From NCBI GenBank assembly GCA_035221665.1, contig CM069133.1, positions 17,732,001-17,796,000 on the forward strand: DNA of 64,000 nt, written 5' to 3'. This stretch comes from Okamejei kenojei (lineage: Eukaryota). The notes beneath the pieces were generated by a model. That model was not told the origin of the DNA. It made no database searches and worked only from the letters and a program-made list of their open reading frames with translations. This document shows, piece by piece, positions 1 through 13,289 of this stretch (position 1 is its first letter; each line of letters begins with the position of its first letter). A program made the translations under genes and the position numbers.

Positions 1-54
1 CGCAGGGTGCGGTTTCCTGGACTGGATAATGGTTGAATAAAACTTTGCACAGCT

Positions 55-355
55 GTTTAGATTTGTTTAGTTTAGAGATACAGCACGGAGAAAGGCCCGT
101 GTGTGCACGTCCGCACTGACCAGCGATCCCCACACATGAACTCTACTCCAACACACACTTGGGACAATTTTACATTGAAACCAAGCCAATTAACCTGCAA
201 ACCTGTATGTCACTGGAGTGTGGGAGGAAGCCAAAGATCTTGGAGAAAACCCACGCAGGTCACGGGGAGAACGTACAAACTCCATACAGACAGCACCCGC
301 AGGCAGGATCGAACCTGGCTCTCTGGGGCTGTCAAGCAGTAACTCTACCGCCACC
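55..355 (-). mobile_element. HE1-like tRNA-derived SINE (V-SINE type)
   Basis: tRNA-like head with B box (ggttcgatcc), central domain and CR1-like tail ending (taaac)n. Confidence 0.8.
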
Positions 356-997
356 CCACCCTTCCCTCCGGGAAAGGATAAAGGATTTCTGGATATGAGA
401 CTTTGCAGTTTCACTTTGAAGGTGGTGAATATTAACAGTATTTCCAGAAACACGCTCTTCTTGCTAAATAGGTCAAAGGTCCCGTTCAGCCACCTTTGCC
501 CAAGACAACAGATGGAAACCCGAGTTAACAATGTTTTTTCGACTTCTGCCCGTAAGTTCAAAATATTCAAAGAATGGGTAGGGCAAGTTTGAAATACTCC
601 CATGATATTGGAGCAAATGCACAGGAGACATGATCCCGAGACCTACAGTTATAAAGAACAGGCACCCCTCAGCCTCCTCTACTCCAGGGAAGACAAACTG
701 AGCATTTCCTTGTGCTCCAATCCAGGCCAACTATTTGAATTATTAAGAGACAATTTACGATTCCAATATTTCATACCGGCATTGAGTCAAAATCATGGAA
801 CTCCCTTCCTGGCAGCCCGGTTGGATTTGTCCACAGCTCATGAGTTGCAACAAGCGAGGAGGTATTTCACCCACCACTTCCTCAAGGCCAATCCAGAATG
901 GGTAATTAAATGCTCGGCCTACAAAGCCCATGTCCCTTGAATGAATAACAAAAATTAAAGTGCCGCATGCTAATCCCAGTACCAGGTGCACCTATAC

Positions 998-1258
998 TTT
1001 AGTTTAGTTTAGTTTAGAGATACGATGTGGAAAGAGCCCACAGCGACCGACGGTCCTCGCACTTTAACCGTATTCTACACTGGGGACAGTTTTTACACTC
1101 ATACAGAGCCAATTAACATACAAACCTGTACCTCTTTGGAGTGTGGGAGGAAACTGAAGTTCTCGGAGAAAACCCACGCAGGTCACGGGGAGAACGTACA
1201 AACTCCGTACAGACAGCACCCGCAGTCGGGATCGAACCTGGGTCTCCGGTGCTGTAAG
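998..1258 (-). mobile_element. HE1-like SINE
   Basis: Same consensus as 55-355; (gttta)n tail. Confidence 0.8.
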
Positions 1259-1381
1259 GACCCAATGCTTCTTAAATTGCATTTGATAATTATCTTGGGA
1301 TGGTTTACTATGTTAAAAACGCTGAATAAACGCAAGTCCTGTCTTTGTGATGACTTGCTGGTATTTGAGGTCTGCAGTTCT

Positions 1382-1526
1382 CTAGTTTGCTGCCTGCCTT
1401 AAGGCACTGATTTGAGGTTCAAAAAGGTCATAATAGATCTTTGATTTGTCGAAGTCCTCTCGGATGTATAACATGTCTTCAAGGGCGTATGAATCGTCTC
1501 TTGCCGCCCACACAGTCAGACTGTAT
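1382..1526 (-). CDS. FAM151B: FAM151B last coding exon with stop codon
   Basis: Encodes YSLTVWAARDDSYALEDMLYIREDFDKSKIYYDLFEPQISALRQAAN*. The six exons total 792 bp (263 aa plus stop). Confidence 0.93.
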
Positions 1527-1719
1527 CTGCATGAAAGGAAAATTACTCAGGCTAAACTTTCATCACAGGCGGGGTCAAACAGGCAAGGAAACACAGTGAA
1601 ACACAAAACACATTGGAACACTCAATAAAAAAACATGGAAACATAGAAATTGGAGGGTTGAACCTTGAAACTCATCTACCATATAAAACAATCATGGCTA
1701 TTCATCGGTCTCAATAGCA

Positions 1720-2315
1720 GTAATAGGAATCTGAGGGGTAACCTTTTCACACAAAGGGTGGTGGGTGAATGGAACAAGCTGCTAGAGGCAGGTAGTTGAG
1801 GCAGGGACTATCCCAACATTTAAGAAACGGACGGGTTCATGGATAGGATAGGTTTGGAGGGATATGGACTAAGCGCAGGCAGGTGGGACTAGTGGCTGGT
1901 GTGGGTGGGCCAAAGGGCCTGTTCCCACACTGTATCACTCTATGACTCTATATCCATACGCCCATGCACCCATTAATGCCTTTTGTTTCTTGAAGTTTCC
2001 ATCTCATTAAGTATATTGGGACACGTGACAATAACCTAAACTAAACCAATGACTTTGCCCCAACTAGTGCTCCATGAGAGCCAACTCCATGGGTTGGAGC
2101 ACCCAATGAATGAAGAAATGTATCTTCATCTCAGTCCTAACCTCCTCGATATTTTTAAGGCAGAGGTAGCAAGATTCTTGATTAGTACGGGTGTCAGTGG
2201 TTATGGGGAGAAGGCAGGAGAATGGGGTTGGGAGGGAGAGAAAGATCAGCCATGATTGAATGGCGGAGTAGACGTGATGGGCCAAATGGCCTTATTCTGC
2301 TCCTATTCCTTATGA
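1720..2315 (+). mobile_element. Two CR1 3'-end fragments
   Basis: ttttcacacaaagggtggtggg...gggccaaagggcctg...ctctatgactcta, and a second fragment at 2140-2315. Confidence 0.75.
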
Positions 2316-2599
2316 CTCGCCAGCCAAGGGAGTCATTCTCCCCCAATCCAATTTGTCTAATCCTGACAGAATTTTGTACATTTCAATTAGATTTCCTCTC
2401 ATTTTTTCTAAAACCCTAACAGAACAAATCTAATCTACCTGATCTTTTATTGCAGTCCCACCATCCAGGCCACTAGTTTGTTGAACTTTCATTGCAGCCC
2501 CTCTATTTCAATCTATGCCAATTTATTAGCCCCAACACCAAGTGTTTTAAATTTACACACTAACCGTGTGCTTGTAAAACTCAAAGGGCAGGAGTAACT

Positions 2600-2900
2600 T
2601 GGGCAGCAGCGGTAGAGTTGCTTTCTTAGTACGTTAGAGACCCAGGTTCGATCCTGACTACGGGTGCTGTCTGTAATGAATTTGTACCTTCTCCCCGTGA
2701 CCTGCATGGGTTTTCCCCAGGAACCTCCAGTTTCCTCCCACACTCCAAGACGTACAGGTTCGTAGGTTAATTGGCTTGGTAAAATGGGAAATTGTCCCCA
2801 GTATGTACAAGATAGTGTTAATGTGCGGGATCGGTGGTTGGCACAGATTTGGTGGGCCGTAGGGCCTATTTCCGCGCTGTATCTCTAAACTAAACTAACT
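2600..2900 (+). mobile_element. HE1-like SINE
   Basis: gcagcggtagagttgc...ggttcgatcc...gctgtatctctaaactaaac. Confidence 0.82.
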
Positions 2901-3409
2901 CATTGGGTCAGGCAGCATCTCTGAAGGACATGGATAGGTGACATTGGGGTCAGGACTCTTCATAGAGTGTAGATGTGTACACTCCAAGAAAGGTCCTGAC
3001 CCAAAACATTATTAAAGGCTTCCTGAACATCCAAGATATCCACTGATTTTCCCCTACCAATTCTATGAATTACATCCTCAAAATTATCCATTAGATCCTT
3101 CTGGTAATCATGTTGACTTTATTTAATCTCTTTCATATTTTCCAGGTGTTCTACTACTCATCCTTTATAACAGAGTCTAGCATTTCCCCACCACTGATAT
3201 TCGGCTAAGTGTGTTTCCTGCTGTATCCCCCTCTCTTTAACAAAAAAAAAAATGGCTCCTGTCAGAATTTATTGACCGTGCTGCCCAATCCTCTTTATCA
3301 CCACTGCTGGGAAATTTTTCTGTCTCTAACACCCTATATGGACTAAAAGCACTGTTTCTGATCTCTATTCCCTTTCTCTCATCGCGCTATCAGATAAGGT
3401 AGAGAACGT

Positions 3410-3850
3410 AAGCTCATAAGTGATAGGAGCAGAATTAGGCCATTCGGCCCATCAAGTCGAATCCACCATTCAATCATGGCTGATCTAACTCTCAATAGAC
3501 AATAAGACAATAGACAATAGGTGCAGGAGTGGGCCATTCGGCCCTACGAGCCAGTACCGCCTTTCAATGTGATCACGGCTGATCATCCCCAATCAGTACC
3601 ACGTTCCTGCCTTCTCCCCATATCCCCTGACTCCGCTATTTTTAAGAGCCCTATCTAGCTCTCTCTTGAAAGCATCCAGAGAACCTGCCTCCACCGCCCT
3701 CTGAGGCAGGGAATCCAACAGACCGCCTAACCCCACTCTTCTGCCTTCGCCCCCATAATCCCTGACACACCCGAACCAATCAAGAATCCATCTATCTCTG
3801 CCGTAAAATCCACCCACTTGGCCTCCACAGATTCACCACCCTCTGACTAA
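3410..3850 (-). mobile_element. Nested CR1 3'-end fragments
   Basis: ggccattcggccc...tgatca...cttctccccatatccc 3' UTR stem motif and (agacaat)n tail. Confidence 0.8.
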
Positions 3851-4016
3851 AGCACAAATAAAATGAAACAAAGATGAGGATTTGAAAAAGAGAATGTAAA
3901 TGATCCATTTTTGCATCAAAGTGACCAATAAGTGGAAGCTGCAAAATCAGAACACAGCTGACTTCAGTGAACGACAAGTTTAAAGTGAGCCACCTGCTGG
4001 GAGAAGTTCCATTTAC

Positions 4017-4152
4017 CTTTCTGACTGCTGCAGCAACCAGTGTATCTGGGGCCAGGACAATCGAAGCAGTGCTGCTCTGACGGGGAACGTTACTGGCTGG
4101 CTTAGCATCTGGCAAATGTGCTCCATCTCCTTTACCATCTCCCAGGTGTAAC
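4017..4152 (-). CDS. FAM151B: FAM151B exon 5
   Basis: Encodes YTWEMVKEMEHICQMLSQPVTFPVRAALLRLSWPQIHWLLQQSE; phase 1 to 2. Confidence 0.94.
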
Positions 4153-4227
4153 CTAGATGCAAAAGTCAATTGATTTCCAAGAAGTTTTTTCATTGTTTTC
4201 ATATCACCCGCATGCTTTTTGTCACTG

Positions 4228-4676
4228 AAACATAGAAACTAGGTGCAGGACTAGGCCATTCGGCCCTTCGAGCCAGCACCGCCATTCAAAATGATCTTGG
4301 CTGATCATCTAAAATCAGTACTCCGTTCCCGCTTTTTCCCCATATCCCTTGATTCCATTAGCCCCAAGATCTATATCTAACTCTCTCTTGAAAACATCCA
4401 GTGAATTGGCCTCCACTGCCTTCTGTGGCAGAGAATTCCACAGATTCACAACTCTCTGGGTGAAAAGGATTTTCCTCATCTCAGTCCTAAATGGCCTACC
4501 CCTCATTCTTAAACTGTGACCCCTGGTTCTGGATTCCCCCAACATCGGGACCATTGTACCTGCATCTAGTCTGTCCAATCCCTTGAATTTCATATGTTTC
4601 TATAAGATCTCCTCTCATCCTTCTAAATTCCAGTGAATACAAGCCAAGTCAACCCATCCTTTCATTATATGTCAGT
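4228..4676 (-). mobile_element. CR1 3' end
   Basis: Encodes RTRGHSLR...FTQRVVNLWNSLP; aaacatag tail. Confidence 0.85.
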
Positions 4677-6340
4677 CATAGAGTCATAGAGTGAAACAGT
4701 GTGGAAACAGGCCCTTCAGCCCAACCTGCCCACATTGGTCCAACAATGTCCCAGCTACACTAGTCCCACTTGCCTGCGCTTGGTCCATATCCCTCCAAAC
4801 CTGTCCAAACCATGTACTTGTCTATCTGTTTCTTAAACGATGGGATCATTCCAGCCTCAACTAGTTCTTCTGGCAGCTTGTTCCATACACCCACCACCCT
4901 TTGTATAAAAAGATACCCCTCAGATTCCTATTAAATCTTTTCCCCTTCACCTTGAACCTATGTCCTCTGGTCCTCGATTCCCCAACTCTGGGCAAGAGAC
5001 TCTGTGCATCTACACAATCTATTCCTCTCATGATTTTATACACCTCTATAAGATCTCCCCTCATCCTCCTGTGCTCCATGGATAGAGTCCCAGCCTACTC
5101 AACCTCTCCCTATTGCTCACACCCTCTAGTACCGGCAACATCCTCGTAAATCTTTTCTGAACCCTTTCAAGCTTGACAATATCTTTCCTATAACATGGTG
5201 CCCAGAACTGAACACAATATTCTAAATGCGGTCTCACCAACGTCTTATACAACTGCAACATGACCTCCCAACTTCTATACTCAATACTCTGACTGATGAA
5301 GGCCAAAGTGCCAAAAGCCTTTTTGACCACCTTATCTACCTGCGACTCGACCTTCAAGGAACCATGCACCTGTACTCCTAGATCCCTCTGCTCTACAACA
5401 CTACCCAGAGGCCGACCATTTACTGTGTAGGTCCTGCCCGTTTACGACGTCCCAAAATGCAACACCTCACACTTCTCTGTATTAAATTCCATTAACCATT
5501 CCTCCACCCACCTGGCCAATCAATCCAGATCCTGCTGCAATTTTTCACAAACATCTTCCCTATCTGCAAAACCACTAACTTTTGTATCATCAGCAAACTT
5601 GCTAATCTTGCCCTGTATGTTCTCATCCAAATCATTGATGTAGATGACAAACAGTGACGGGCCCAACACCAAACCCTGAGGCACACCACTAGTCACAGGT
5701 CTCCAGTCCGAGAAGCAACCTTCCACCATCACCCTCTGCTTCCTTCCATGGAGCCAATTTGCTATCCATTCAGCAATCCTTGGACCCCATGCGGTCTAAC
5801 CTTCCAGAGCAGTCTACCATGCGGAACCTTGTCGACTGTCTTCCTGAAATCCATGTACACAACATCTACAGCTCTGCCCTCATCGACCTTTTTGGTCACG
5901 TCTTTAAAAATATCAATCGGATTTGTGAGACATAACCTCCCACGTACAAAACCATGCTGACACTCCCTAATCAGCCCTTGCCCATCCAAATGCATGTATA
6001 ACCTATTCCTCAGAATGTTCTCCAGTAACTTTCCAATTACAGATGTTAAACTCACCGGCCTATAGTTCCCAGCATTTTCCCTACATCGCTTCTTGAAAAG
6101 AGGCACAATATTTGCCACCCTCCAGTCTTCCGGCACCTCTCTAGTATTTATCGACAACTCGTAAATCAACCAGGTCTCCCGCAATTTCCTCTCTAGTTTC
6201 CCGCAATGTCCTCAGATATATCTGAACACACCCTGGAGATTTGTCAGTACCTTCAGTACTTCTTCGACGGTAACACTGACTGTTCTCAAGACACTTCCAT
6301 TGACTGCCCCAAGTTCCTCCGCCCTACTGTCCTTCTCGAT
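4677..6340 (-). mobile_element. CR1/HER1-like LINE, RT domain to 3' tail
   Basis: Encodes NYRPVSLTS, SGVPQG, KFADDTK and LVRPHLEYCVQFW; (actctatg)n tail at ~4677. Confidence 0.9.
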
Positions 6341-7495
6341 ACAGTCCCGCAATCCCAAGAATTAATCTGGTGAACCTACGATGCACTCCCTCGATAGCAA
6401 GAATGTCCTTCCTCAAATTAGGAGACCAAATCTGCACACAATACTCCAGGTGCGGTCTCCAGGGCCCTGTACAACTGCAGTAGGACCTCCTTGCTCTTAA
6501 ACTAAAAATATCTCGCTATGAAGGCCAACATGCCATTTACTTTCTTCACTGCCTGCTGTACCCGCATGCTTACTTTCAGTGACTGATGTACAAGGACACC
6601 CAGGTCTCGTTGTACCTCCCCTTTTCCTAATCTGCCACCATCAGATAATAATCTGCCTTCCTGTTCTTGCCACCAAAATTCACCTGTTTCTGACTGTAAA
6701 AGACCTACATTTGTCTTCACAAAACTTTTCCTCTTCACATATCTAAATAACCTTTTACAGTCAGTTTTAATAATCCCCGCAACCTTTCTTTCATGCTCTA
6801 TTTTCCCTCTTAATTAACATCTTTGTCCTCCTCCTCCATATTTCTCCCAGTCCTCCAGTTTGCTGCTTCCTCTAGCCAATTTATAAGCCTCTTCCTTTGA
6901 TTTAGCACTTTCCCTAATTTCCCTCGTTAGCCACGGTTGAGCCGCCATTGAGCTGCCATTTTATTTTTACACCAGACAGGGATGAACAATTGTTGTAATT
7001 CATCCATGCGGTCTTTAAATCTTTGCCATTGCAGCTCCACCTTCAACCCTTTAAGTATCATTTGCCAGTCTATCCTAGCCAATTCCTGTCTTATACCATC
7101 AAAGTCTCCTTTCTTTAAGTTCAGGACCCTAGTCTCTGAATTAACCGCGTCACTCTCCATAATGCAGAATTCCACCATATTATGGTCACTGCTGCCCAAG
7201 GGTCCTTGCACAACAAGATCCCTAACTAATCCTTCCTCATTACACAATACACCGTCTAGGATGGCCTGCCCTCCAGTTGGTTTCTCTACCTATTGGCTTA
7301 GAAAAACATCCCGTATACACTCCTGGAAAACCTCCTCCTCAGCATTGTTACCAATTTGGTTGGCCCAATCTATATATAGATTAAAGTCACCCATGATAAC
7401 TGCTGTACCTTTGCTACATGCATCCCTAATTTCCTATTAGATTCTATCCCCAACCTCAGTACTGCTGTTTGGTGGTCTGTACACAACTCCAACAA
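6340..7495 (-). mobile_element. CR1 LINE fragments (ORF2 C-terminal piece and endonuclease piece)
   Basis: Encodes QRDLGVLVHQSLKVS and PLGSSDHNMVEF. Confidence 0.8.
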
Positions 7496-7529
7496 GCGAG
7501 TAATTTGAGTAAAGACATGATGAGGCACA

Positions 7530-7825
7530 TCAGTGCAGGGGCAGAGTTGCTGCCTTACAGCGCCAGAGACCCAGTTTCGATCCTGACTACGGGTGCTGTC
7601 TGTGTGGGGTTTGTATGTTCTCCCCATACCTGCGTGGGGTTTTCTCCGGGTACTCCTGTTTCCTCCCACACACCAAAACCATACAGGTCAGTTGACTAAT
7701 TGGCTTGGTACAAAATTGTACATTGTCCCGAGTTGTGTAGGACAGTGTAAGTGTGTGGAGATCACTGGTCGGTGTGGGCTCGGCTGGCCAAAGGGCCTGT
7801 TTCCGTGCTGTATCTCTAAAACTAA
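7530..7825 (+). mobile_element. HE1-like SINE
   Basis: Same consensus. Confidence 0.8.
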
Positions 7826-7879
7826 GCAACAGTGCCCTAGTTAGAACATGGTATAATACAAGTACAGGCCCTTTGGGAA

Positions 7880-10245
7880 TATCTGTTCTGAACTGAGGCT
7901 CCATAAGGTGCTGGCCAGGCCGCATTTGGAATATTGAGAGCAATTTTGAGCACCATGTCTGAGGAAGGATGTGCTGGCTCTGGAGAGGGTCAAAAGGAGG
8001 TTTACCAGAATGATCCCAGGAATGAGTGGGTTAACATATGATGAACATTTGACGGCACTGGGCCTATTTCCGCTGGAGTTTAGAAGAATGAGGGGGGATC
8101 CCATTGAATCGTATAGAATAGTGAAAGGCTTGGATAGAGTGGGTGTGGAGAGGATATCTTATGATCTTTGCAACATTTTTTACACAGAGGGTGGTGAATG
8201 CATGAAATGTGCTGCCAGGGGTTGAGACATATACGTTAGTTGCATTTAAAAGACATTCGGATAGGCTTAAGGATACGCACTGAATGGAGTATTACGGGTT
8301 GTGCAGGTAGATTATTGATGGTCTTGGCATCATGTTCATAAGGTCATAAGTGATAGGAGCAGAATTAGGCCATTCGGCCCATCGTTTACTCTGCCATTCA
8401 ATCTTCCTCCTAACCCCATTCTCCCGACTTCTCCCCACAACCCCTGGCACCCGTACTAATCAAGAATCTATCTATCTCTGCCTTAAAAATATCCACTGAC
8501 TTGGCCTCCACAGCCTTCTGTGGCAAACAATTTCACAGATTCACCATCTCACATAGAGCCTCAACATTACATCCCTGTTTTTGTATATAGGCCCTCTCAA
8601 AATAAATGCTAGCATTGCTTTTGCTTTCTATATTACTGATTTGCCTTGCAGATTAACCTTTTGGGAAACCTGCACCTCTCCATTTAGAAAATAATCTACA
8701 CAATTTTTCCTACTACCAAAATGCTTGACTCCACACTTTGCTACACTAAATTCCATCTGCCACTTCTCTGCCCACTCTCCCAACCTGTCCAAGGCCTTCT
8801 GCAGAGTCCCTGCTTTCTCTACACTACCTGCCCCTCCACCTATTTTCCTATCATCCGCAAACCTGGCCACAAGGCCTTCAATCCCCTCATTAAAATCATT
8901 AATATACAACGTGAAGAGCAGCGGCCCCAGCACTGAGCCCTGCGGAACTCCGCTAGTCACTGGCAGCCAACCAGAAAAAGCCCCCTTTATTGCCACTCTT
9001 TGTCTGCCATCCAGCCAACCTACTATCCACGCTAGTGTCGGCCCTTTGATACCATCGGCTCTCATCTTCCTTAGCAGCCTCCCATGTGGTACCTTATCAA
9101 AGGCTTTCTGAAAATCTACGTATACAACATCTACTGACTCTCCTATACCTGTCCTACTATTTAGGTCTTCAAAGGATTCCAGCAAATTTGTCAAGCAAGA
9201 CCTCCCCTTCACAAAACCATGTTAACTTTAGCCTATTTTATCGCACTCAGTACTCTGTAACCTCATCTTTTATAATGGACTCCAAAATCTTGCCAACCAC
9301 CGAAGTCAGATTAACCGGTTTATAGTTCCCACTATTCTGCCTTGTTCCCTTCTTGCACAGCAGGGTAAGATTGGCAATTTTCCAATCGTAGAAACATAGA
9401 AAATAGTTGCAGGAGTAGGCCATACGGCCCTTTGAGCCAGCACTGCCATTCAATATGACCATGGCTGATCATCCAAAATCAGTACCCTGTTCCAGCTTTT
9501 TTCCCCCATATCCCTTGATTCTCTTAGCCCTAAGAGCTAAATCTAACTCTCTCTTGAAAACCTCTCATTTGGAACCACTCCTGATTCTTGAAATATCACC
9601 ACTAATGCCTCCACAACCTGTAAAGCCACCTCTTTCAGAACCGTAGGGTGCAGTCCATCTGGTCCAGGTGACATCCACCTTCAGCCCTTTCAGCTTCCCA
9701 AATCCCTTCTCCCTAGTAACAGCCACTCCACTAACTTCCAGCTCCTGACTCTCCTGAATTTCAGGCACATTGCAGGTGTCTTCCACTGTGAAGATTTCTT
9801 GATTAGTACACGCCACAAGTTAAGGGGAGAAGGCAGGAGTTTGGGATTAGGAGGGAGAGATAGATCAGCTATGATTGAATCTTTCCCAATCCTCTGGCTT
9901 CCCACTAATCTTTGCTATGCTATGTGTCTTCCCTTTCAGTTTTATACTGTCCTTGACTTCTCTTGTCAGCCACGGTCGCCTCCTTCTCTCCCTAGAATCT
10001 TTCTTCCTCTTTGGACTGAAAAGTTCCTGCATCTTCCGAATTATTCCCAGAAATTCCTGCCATTGCTGTTCCACCGTCACCCCTGCTGAGGTCCCTTTCC
10101 AGTCAACTGTGGCCAGCTCCTCCCTCTGTGGTCCCCTCTGACCAGCTGCAAAACCGACACATCCGATTTCACCTTCTCCCTCTCAAATTGCAGATTAAAA
10201 CATCATGTTGTGGTCGCCACCTCCTGGTGCTTCCTTTACATCGGT
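7880..10245. mobile_element. Cluster of CR1 fragments: plus strand 7880-8335; minus strand 8340-10245 RT piece with nested 3' ends
   Basis: Encodes ALERVKRRFTRMIPG, GRSCLTNL, DFQKAFDKVPH, GVPQGSVLGP and FADD. Confidence 0.85.
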
Positions 10246-10288
10246 CCATTTTCATCAAATACATTTTGTTACATTTCACAAGCATTAC

Positions 10289-10503
10289 CTTGCGTTTGGT
10301 CAACCAACTTGCTGGTTGTCCATCCCAGAGAGAGCGTTACATCGGGTAGGTATGACGTTACAATGTGCAGAAACTCTTTGGCGATCCGCGCTGTACTGCT
10401 CGCGCTCGGTCCCGGCAGGATGTCAGCGTTGATCCACACTGGCCGCAAGAGGGAAAGCTTCTTTGAAACTAACATTTTCATCGCAGGTTCCACAGCTGAC
10501 AAA
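10289..10503 (-). CDS. FAM151B: FAM151B exon 4
   Basis: Encodes LSAVEPAMKML...RPVWINADILPGP...PDVTLSLGWTT. aag| acceptor and |gtaatg donor. Confidence 0.95.
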
Positions 10504-10840
10504 CTTCAAAAATAACAAAGTATTGGATCTTAATACCAAGTAATTGGACCAGGCACAACTGTTACACTTAATGTCACAAATTCTCACACAGCGAACACTG
10601 CTTATGTCTCAAAAGGTTCAGAAGTGTGAAAAAACACACACCTCCAGATACAGGGACAGTTGTTATCAGGCAACTGAACCATCCTACCGCAACCGGAGAA
10701 TAGTCCTGATTTACTATCAACCTCATTGGAGACCCTCGGATTACCTGCAATCAGATTTTACTGGCTTTATCTTGCACTAAACGTTATTTACGTTGTTCCC
10801 TTTATCGTGTATCTGTACACTGGATGGCTCGATTGTAATC

Positions 10841-11293
10841 CAGTGACTCCAACTCTCCCGCTTTCGGCGGGAGATCTCCTGCCGAAAGGCCATTTTCGCA
10901 AAACCTCCCGCTCTCCCGCTTGAGATTTAATTTCTCCCGCCCTGGCTTTGTGTCTCCCACTTAAGATGTATTTTCCCCCGCTTGAAATGTTCTTTCTCCC
11001 GCCCAATCACCTTTTTGAAAAGTGGAATTTAATTTTCATGCATTTCCACGGTGTATAAATCACCAAATGCGCACACACGATACTACATACGTTTTAATGC
11101 ATGTAGTGCATACATGTATACATGTATAATGTGCATGCTAGGCGCTCTACCCCCCGGACCCCGGCCGCAAGGGACTTCGCGCTTCGCGCTCGTGATGTGC
11201 GCTTTACGCACATGAGTTTGGAGTCTCCAGTTTCCTAGGGGATCCAGGCGGGAGAATCTCCAGATCAGAAGGTGCTTGGGGTTGGAGTCTCTG
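10841..11293. mobile_element. Non-autonomous DNA transposon with CAG termini and a 6-bp TSD (hAT-like)
   Basis: TIR cagtgactccaac/gttggagtctctg; TSD gtaatc at 10835-10840 and 11294-11299; subterminal ctcccg repeats. Confidence 0.8.
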
Positions 11294-11382
11294 GTAATCA
11301 TGTATTGTATTTCCGCTGACCGGTTAGCACAAAAGCTTTTCACTGGACCGAAACTCGACTAAACTCAAACACTATGTGCTGT

Positions 11383-12122
11383 TTTTTTAGGCGGGTTTTC
11401 AGCGGACTGCCGGCGTCTGTCAAGTTGCCGGCAGTCGCCTGAAAGACCGGCAACTGGAACGGCGACTGTCAGAGTGGAACACACACACACACATCGCTTC
11501 CTTCGCCAGCCTGTTATGCAGGCGGGGGACAGGGCAAGAGGGGGGAGCGTTGTTGGAGTGAAATTCACACGGCGCAGAGCCAAGGTGAAACAGACACACT
11601 CCGCGTTGAACAGGAAGCACAGTGTACGGTAAGTCCTTTAAAAGAGAGGGGGAGAGGGAGTGGAGAGGTGGGAGAAAGGGGGAGAAGGAGTGGAAACAAC
11701 TTTTAAGAAGCCAGAGTTACACGGCTGTGAAGCTCGGCGGCATTTAACATTACCGGTCGGTTATCCTTGGTTCTGAAAACTACTGCTTACCTTTTTTTTC
11801 CTCAATGAGCCAATGAAATTCACTGGTCAGCACCGTCCTCAACCTACGAGAACCTCAGACCTCCTGGCGACCCACTAGGACCTCCTGGTGAACCACCTAC
11901 TTCTCGAGAATTCCACCGACTCTCCATGGCAGCTTCATTCTAGCCGCCGTTAATTTTTCAACGTGTTGGAAAATTAACGGGGACCATAATGAGGCCGCGA
12001 CTAGTTCCCAGAATGCGGGAACTCCTCACGACCCAGCAACCACCTGCAACCATGTGGCGACCATGTGGCGACTGCATAATCTCCTGCAGTCGCCTAAAAA
12101 GTTGTCTAAGTGGGACGGGCCC
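11383..12122. mobile_element. PIF/Harbinger-like non-autonomous element, left end degraded
   Basis: Right TIR aagtgggacgggccc and gcgac/gtcgc subterminal motifs shared with 12510-12740 and 48148-48533. Confidence 0.6.
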
Positions 12123-12509
12123 ATAAAATTGATCTTACATAGAAATACAACATGGAAACAGGCCCTTCTGCCAAACATGCACATGCCAGCCTAGATGCCC
12201 CCTGTACCTTAGTCCCACCAGCCCCCGTTTTGCCCATATCCCTCTAAACCTTTCCTATCCATGTACCTGCTGTTATAGAACAATCTGATTTTATTTTTCC
12301 TTGGTCATTTTGACATTGATTTTTAAACAAATATAAGACCGTTGTTCCGACTGGCGAAAGATCCAAATTTTTCATAACAAATTCCTATCCCTAATTAGTT
12401 GAACAAAATAATTCCTACTTCCGCCCCCACCAAACATCAACCTCCCGGCCTGCGGCTAGGCAGCAATTGTTCACAAGGAGGGACAGAAAATATCTGCAGT
12501 GAAAACTTA

Positions 12510-12740
12510 AGGGCCTGTCCCAGTTTCACGACCTAATTCGCGACCTCTGCCGAGTTTGCCCTTGACTCATACTCGCAGCACGAGGTCGTAGGAGGTCGTA
12601 GGTAGGTCATAGCAGGTCGTGATGCCAGTCGTAGGTACTCGTGGCATCGAGTAGGTTGCGGGCGTTTTTTCTAGCCTGATGAAAAATGTCCACGACTAAA
12701 AAAGATCATGAATTAGGTTGTGAAAGTGGGACAAGGCCCT
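12510..12740. mobile_element. PIF/Harbinger-like MITE
   Basis: TIR agggcctgtcccagtttcacgacctaattc / gaattaggttgtgaaagtgggacaaggccct at a TWA-like site. Confidence 0.75.
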
Positions 12741-12961
12741 GAACAAATGCTCTCCTGATCGAAACTCACCGAATGGTGAAGGGCCTGGGGAGAGTGATTT
12801 TTGATACTTTAAACTTCTCATCACTCGAACCCTCTCCCCAACTAGTCGAAGTCCCGTTTAAAATTAGAGACATTTCACTGCCACTGACTAATTGAATGGA
12901 AGAGTATTAATTGATAAGTAATCAAAATCAAACTCTCAACAAATAATATGGATTTTTTTTA

Positions 12962-13150
<189 letters not shown>

Positions 13151-13289
13151 TTAGCAAAGATATCCAAAATACCCAACATTTATTGCAAAGCACAACCTTC
13201 ATTCAAACTTTCAAGAACATTAAGTTTAGTTTAGAGATACAGCGTGGAAACAGGGTCCAAGCTGAGTCCATGCCGACCTGCGATCCTTG

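Noticed and set aside
590-592. In-frame TGA between ORFs 218-592 and 602-940 as selenocysteine or readthrough
   Set aside because: No SECIS recognised; the 5' part of the first ORF is SINE sequence, and the TGA falls within a plausible intron.
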